Shown in pieces: positions 10,127-14,371 of a DNA stretch of 14,371 bases (the stretch's first letter is position 1; each line of letters starts with the position of its first letter). Position numbers and translations under genes: made by a program. The notes below the pieces were generated by a model. The model saw nothing but the letters and a program-made list of their open reading frames with translations, did no database searches and had not been told where the DNA came from. The DNA comes from Octopus sinensis (Eukaryota): the NCBI RefSeq assembly GCF_006345805.1, contig NW_021825828.1:1-14371 (forward strand). Direction: 5' to 3'.

Positions 10127-10350
10127 TCATCATCATCATCATCATCATCATCATTTAGCGTCCGTTTTCCATGCTAGCATGGGTTGGACGGTTTAACTGG
10201 GGTCTGTGAAGCCGGAAGACTTCATCAGGCCCAGTCAGATTTGGCAGTGTTTCTACGGCTGGATGCCCTTCCTAACGCCAACCACTCCGCGAGTGTAGTG
10301 GGTGTTTTTTACGTGCCACATGCACAGGTGCCAGACAGAGCTGGCACAAC
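10127..10350 (-). mobile_element. RTE-type LINE 3' terminus with (GAT)n tail
   Basis: (CAT)n at 10127-10154 on the + strand. Homologous to 12456-12766. Contains one reversed unit of the 61-bp repeat found at 11319-11683 (gccagctctgtctggc...ggcacgtaaaa). RTE assignment is inferred from the shared repeat and the short-tandem tail. Confidence 0.75.
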
Positions 10351-11318
10351 GCTATTTTCCTGGTAAGACAGCTGCAGGAGAAATACCTAGCCAAAAACAA
10401 ACCCCTATACCTGGCTTTTGTCGATATGGAGAAAGCCTTCGACAGGGTCCCCCGATCCCTTATCTGGTGGTCAATGAGGAAACTAGGGATAGATAAATGG
10501 TTAGTGAGAGCTGTACAAGCCATGTACAGAGACGCTGCTAGTAAGGTGAGGGTTGGCACCGAGTACAGTGAAGAATTCCGGGTAGAGGTTGGGGTCCACC
10601 AAGGTTCAGTCCTCAGCCCCCTCATATTTATCATAGTCCTCCAGGCAATAACCGAGGAATTCAAGACTGGATGCCCCTGGGAGCTCCTCTATGCTGATGA
10701 CCTTGCTCTAATTGCTGAGTCTCTATCAGAACTGGAGGAGAAGTTTCAGGTGTGGAAGCAAGGTTTAGAATCGAAGGGCCTTAGAATCAACCTAGCCAAA
10801 CCAAAGTCCTAATAAGTAGGAAGGTAGACCAATCACAAAACGCCTTCAGGTAGATGGCCTTGCTCGATCTGTATAAAAGGCGTAGGTAGAAACTCTATAA
10901 GATGCACCAAATGTAAGCTAAGCTATGGACACTTAAGAGATGTAGTAATGTCAAAGGAAGACTAACTAGGAAAATAGTTTTTATCTGTGGCAGATGCTCA
11001 GGAGCAATAAACTCTGAAAATATGCAGAGACCAACTTCTATCACGTTTCAGGGAGAAAAACTAGAAGTAGTTGATAGCTTCCGCTACCTAGGTGACCAAG
11101 TCAGTAGCGGGGGCGGGTGTGCTGAAAGTGTAACTGCTAGAGTAAGAATAGCCTGGGCAAAGTTTAGAGAGCTCTTACCCCTACTGGTGACAAAAGGCCT
11201 CTCGCTCAAAGTAAAAGGCAGACTGTACGTACAGCCATGCTACATGGTAGTGAAACTTGGGCTGTGACTGCTGAGGATTTACGTAAGCTCGCAAGAAATG
11301 AAGCTAGTATGCTCCGTG
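10351..11318 (+). pseudogene. RTE-clade LINE reverse transcriptase fragment (frameshifted)
   Basis: AIFLVRQLQEKY, LAFVDMEKAFDRVPR, GVHQGSVLSPL, LLYADDL (YADD at 10690-10701), GLRIN, KLEVVDSFRYLG, AWAKFREL, MLHGSETW, EASMLR. Confidence 0.93.
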
Positions 11319-11683
11319 GCTGTTTGCCAGCTCTGTCTGGCCCCGTGTCGGTGGCACGTAAAAGCACCATCCATTCATGTCCGTTGCCAGCCTCGGCTGG
11401 CCCCCGTGCCGGTGACACGTAAAAGCACCGTCCGTTCGTGGCCGTTTGCCAGCTCTGTCTGGCCCCGTGTCGGTGGCACGTAAAAGCACCATCCGTTCGT
11501 GTTCGTTGCCAGCCTCGGCTGGCCCCCGTGCCGGTGACACGTAAAAGCACCGTCCGTTCGTGGCCGTTTGCCAGCTCTGTCTGGCCCCGTGTCGGTGGCA
11601 CGTAAAAGCACCATCCGTTTGTGTCCGTTGCCGGCATCACCTGGCCCCATGCCGGTGACACGTAAAAGCACCATCCATTCGTG
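11319..11683 (+). repeat. Six-unit 61-bp minisatellite, A/B alternating (122-bp higher-order repeat), from the RTE 3' UTR
   Basis: cacgtaaaagcacc at 11355, 11416, 11477, 11538, 11599 and 11659. A units carry gccagctctgtctggc, B units gccagcctcggctggc (last B unit diverged). Confidence 0.95.
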
Positions 11684-11705
11684 ATATATACATATATATA
11701 TATAT

Positions 11706-11892
11706 GCTTATAAATTCCAAAACATTTCCAGGCGAGGAATGTACCCCACAACATAGACTGGTAGTTTGTAACTTTAGGATCAGGACTATGAGGACGAACA
11801 GAAGACGACCAACATGGAGAAGAAGGATCTGGAAGCTTAAAGATCCTGCAAATGGACAGAGATTTAGGGACATATTACTTGACGCCTTTGAT
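11706..11892 (+). pseudogene. RTE LINE fragment: C-terminal part of APE endonuclease and linker
   Basis: LINSKTFPGEECTPQHRLVVCNFRIR...RRRIWKLKD matches the QHRLV motif ending RTE endonucleases (family knowledge). Confidence 0.8.
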
Positions 11893-12042
11893 TCTTCGAT
11901 TTTGATTTTGATTTTCACTTGCCTCAACAGGTCTTCACAAGTAGAGTTATGTGTCCCAAGAAGGAAGGTATGCACAGGTGGACTGACTACGTCCCAAGTA
12001 GGGGCCACGGGTTATGGCCTCACTTGTCCTGACGGGTCTTCT
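11893..12042 (-). mobile_element. Probable 3' end of a second LINE/SINE family with (AAAATC)n tail
   Basis: Short tandem tail gattttgattttgatttt at 11898-11915 abutting the RTE fragment. Family identity is recollection and inference only. Confidence 0.4.
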
Positions 12043-12455
12043 TTTACATCAAGTTCAAAATTTAACGCCAGCCGTTAAACTGTCAATATGTTGCTGTCCG
12101 TCGTTAAGAAATGCCAGCCATGGTGACTCTACTATCCTCAGATTCTATCCCTTCAAACTTTGGTTTCCAATATTTTATTATTTTTATTCAGCTTGCAAGT
12201 TCGTCTGTCCCTTTTAAATGTTAGCGTTTTGCTGTCTGCCTTGAAGCAGACCTTTCCATTGCCACTGCCTCATATTTCTGATTGATCTTTCTAAATATTT
12301 TATTTCTCAACTTACTCAAGATCTTTTGTTGTTTATAAATGGGAAAGAGATAGATAAAGATAGTGAGTAAGAGAAAGCGAGGGAGAGTCCGAGAGAATAG
12401 AAAAGTAAGAGAGTGGGAAAGTGAGAGAGAAAGGAGAGAGAAACAAAGAGGGAGA

Positions 12456-12766
12456 ATCATCATCATCATCTTCGTTTAACGTCTGTTTTCTGTACTAGCA
12501 CGGGTTGGACAGTTTGACCGGGGTTTGGGAAGCAAGGAGGTTGCACCAGGCTCCAGTCTGATCTGGCAGTGTTTCTACAGCTGGATGCCCTTCCTAACGC
12601 CAACCACTCTGTGAGTGTAGTGGGTGCTTTTTTCGTGCCGCCGGCACAGGTGCCAGGGGAGCTCGCAGCGGCAACGATCGGTTGGTGCTTTTTACGTGCC
12701 ACTGGCAAAGAAGCCAGTCAAGGCGGCGCTGCAATCGGCCACGTTTGGATGGTGCATTTTACGTGC
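12456..12766 (-). mobile_element. Second RTE-type 3' terminus with (GAT)n tail and three degenerate ~61-67-bp units
   Basis: Homologous to 10127-10350 (ctggatgcccttcctaacgccaaccactc identical). cgtgc units at 12634, 12695 and 12762. Confidence 0.8.
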
Positions 12767-12833
12767 TGAAAGGAAGCAACAGAAAGTAACAACCACACTC
12801 TTACCCGCGCGTAGAGTGGGTCACCTTCAGCTA

Positions 12834-12834
<1 letters not shown>
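12767..12834 (+). mobile_element. Helitron-like 3' terminus
   Basis: Hairpin cccgcgc-gta-gagtggg (12804-12820), 10-nt spacer, CTAG (12831-12834) followed by T of a (TA)n array. No 5' end found. Confidence 0.6.
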
Positions 12835-12878
<44 letters not shown>

Positions 12879-13384
12879 AACATAATTAATAATACCGGTC
12901 CAGGAAATAGATGGTAAATGTTTTTATTTTTCATTCCCTTCGAGACTTTATCCCCAATTAGTGGTTTGGACTTTAGCTGTTCCTTCTAGCGTAAGGTAGT
13001 CTTATGATGGACACCTCTTTTTGTGTTTAAATGCACACTGTATTTTATACATACTTTTAAGCATTTTTTTGCTATAGTTGTATTACTTTCTCCTCCTTGT
13101 GGAGTATTATGGTTGTATTTCGGTCTGTAGCCATTATCTAATCCATAAATATGAACTTATTTAGTCTGAAGCAAACACAAGACACACTCAGCTTTTACAA
13201 TGATGTATAATTTTCATATCTTATCGCCTCTATTGATTGTTATTAAAGTCCAAAAATTGGTGGCCTTAATTTCAGAACAACCTGTACACAAACACTTTAG
13301 CATTATCTCCTTCTCTCTCCCTCCCATTCCCCATCTCTCTCTCTCTTTCTCTCTCACTCTCTCTCTCTCTCTTTGTATGTATGT

Positions 13385-13417
<33 letters not shown>

Positions 13418-13925
13418 GAAAGAAGTTACCCCCACCTAGTAGACACCCGGGAAGAGGTTTCGAGTGAGAAACCTGCCCGGGAAGAAAACCCAAGTGCAAG
13501 TGCCCCTACCAGCACCAAAAGCCATGGAGATGAAGAACCCAAAGAAGAAATAAAAGGAGAAAAAACTCAAACAAAACCAAAAAATGAAACAGCCAAGAAT
13601 AGAAGTAAAACTGACTATCCATATACCAAAAAGGATGGAAACAAACAGCGCACACGGGTGTGTAAGGTTCTACCTGAGAGGTACCTGCTGGCATGGAGGA
13701 AGGTGCAGGCTGCCGTTTTGCACATCGGGGACCCTGCCGCAGAGACACGAAACAGATCAGAAACAAACTAACAAAAGGAAAAGGGATGGACCACGCACCA
13801 CCGCCCCAAAACGGAGGTACGCAGATGTGGTGCGTGCCACAAACTCCAACATGATGTTGTTGAAAGGGCAGCTGCTGAACAAGAATCATTTTTGTGCATG
13901 GCACAAAAGATTGTACAGCAGCTAA
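13418..13925 (+). pseudogene. LINE ORF1 remnant with CCCH zinc finger
   Basis: Open frame from 13418 (ERSYPHLVDTREE...RTRVCK). Across small indels it reads C-KFYLRGT-C-WHGxKGAG-C-RFA-H (13661-13725), then RRYADVV. It lies directly upstream of an APE. Confidence 0.65.
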
Positions 13926-14027
13926 CCTGGCTTCATCAAACCAAGCTCGCAGATGGGACTACCCCCAATAAACAAGACCACCACAGCAAATAGACCCAAG
14001 GTGGACACAGCCGGCAACAGCATATAC

Positions 14028-14371
14028 CTCACCTCGATGCTCCTACTGAACATCAGAGGACTGCAAACCTCAGTAAAACAGGACAAAAATCCCATTCTTG
14101 GAGACTTGTTGCATGCAATCAAGCCTTATGCATAGCACTTACGGAAATGCACCTGAAACCGGACATAGCAGATGCGGAATTACACATACCACAGTATGTT
14201 GTACTACGGACCGACAGAAAAGAAAGGAGTCATGGAGGAGTTGCTATGTACATCCGTGAGGACCTCACACCCAGGTCCTTTTGTCATACTCAACTCGGTG
14301 TGTGACACACTAACTGTACATATAAGGCAACTTGATGTAGTTGGTGGTGCTACATATCGCCCTCCAGATGC
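14028..14371 (+). pseudogene. LINE ORF2 N-terminal APE endonuclease (frameshifted; runs off window; clade not assignable)
   Basis: MLLLNIRGL (ATG 14037), CIALTEMHL, IPQYVVLRTDRKERSHGGVAMYIRE, SVCDTL, YRPPD: conserved APE motifs. Confidence 0.88.

Noticed and set aside
10220-11290. Other CUGANGA hits (minus strand at ~10221-10227; 10694; ~11271)
   Set aside because: No correctly placed GAAA, stem III or NUH. Two lie in RT codons (one is the YADD motif).
11384-11480. HDV-like or pistol ribozyme in the 61-bp unit (CCAGCCUC..GCUGGC resembles HDV P3/L3; CGUG..CACG-UAAAA resembles pistol P1)
   Set aside because: No P1 strand directly after P3 and no J4/2 catalytic C before a P2 partner for HDV. 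No P2/P3 or distal pseudoknot strand for pistol.
11319-11683. CRISPR array
   Set aside because: Eukaryotic context, no unique spacers (whole units repeat), no cas genes.
11953-12010. Twister-like GUCCCAAG motifs (11953 and 11991)
   Set aside because: The remaining twister elements could not be placed, and the motifs are antisense to the presumed element.
12050-12455. Possible host exon(s) near ttattcag (12183-12190) or minus-strand GTAAGT
   Set aside because: No acceptor/donor pair enclosing an open, recognisable frame.
12875-13310. Unique AT-rich stretch as an exon or ncRNA
   Set aside because: Stops in all frames between candidate splice sites; no structured motif found.

Overview
Repeat-saturated eukaryotic non-coding DNA. 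The extreme (TA)n/(CA)n content and the repeat types suggest a cephalopod such as Octopus; this is inference. No host gene is supported, and nearly all listed long ORFs are microsatellite artefacts. The window is a nest of retroelements, most sitting in (TA)n arrays. (1) A minus-strand Penelope-like element (PLE) with a frameshifted RT + GIY-YIG ORF (3435-4842), a ~3 kb microsatellite-filled 3' region and a pLTR carrying a minimal type-I hammerhead ribozyme (HHR). Its 5'-truncated end is capped by a ~720-bp inverted copy of the 3' end. (2) A sister PLE 3' fragment and a third HHR-bearing pLTR on the + strand. (3) A 179-bp mini-PLE of another family whose HHR sits at the apex of a perfect 25-bp inverted repeat. 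(4) A tRNA/CORE-type SINE and two Helitron-like pieces. (5) An RTE LINE whose layout fits a twin-priming-type 5' inversion, with a PHD-like finger inside the RT and a 61/122-bp hairpin array. (6) The ORF1 (CCCH finger) and APE start of another LINE. The most interesting signals are four hammerheads sharing a non-Watson-Crick pair at the base of stem II, and a hairpin conserved downstream of the HHR in two unrelated PLE families.
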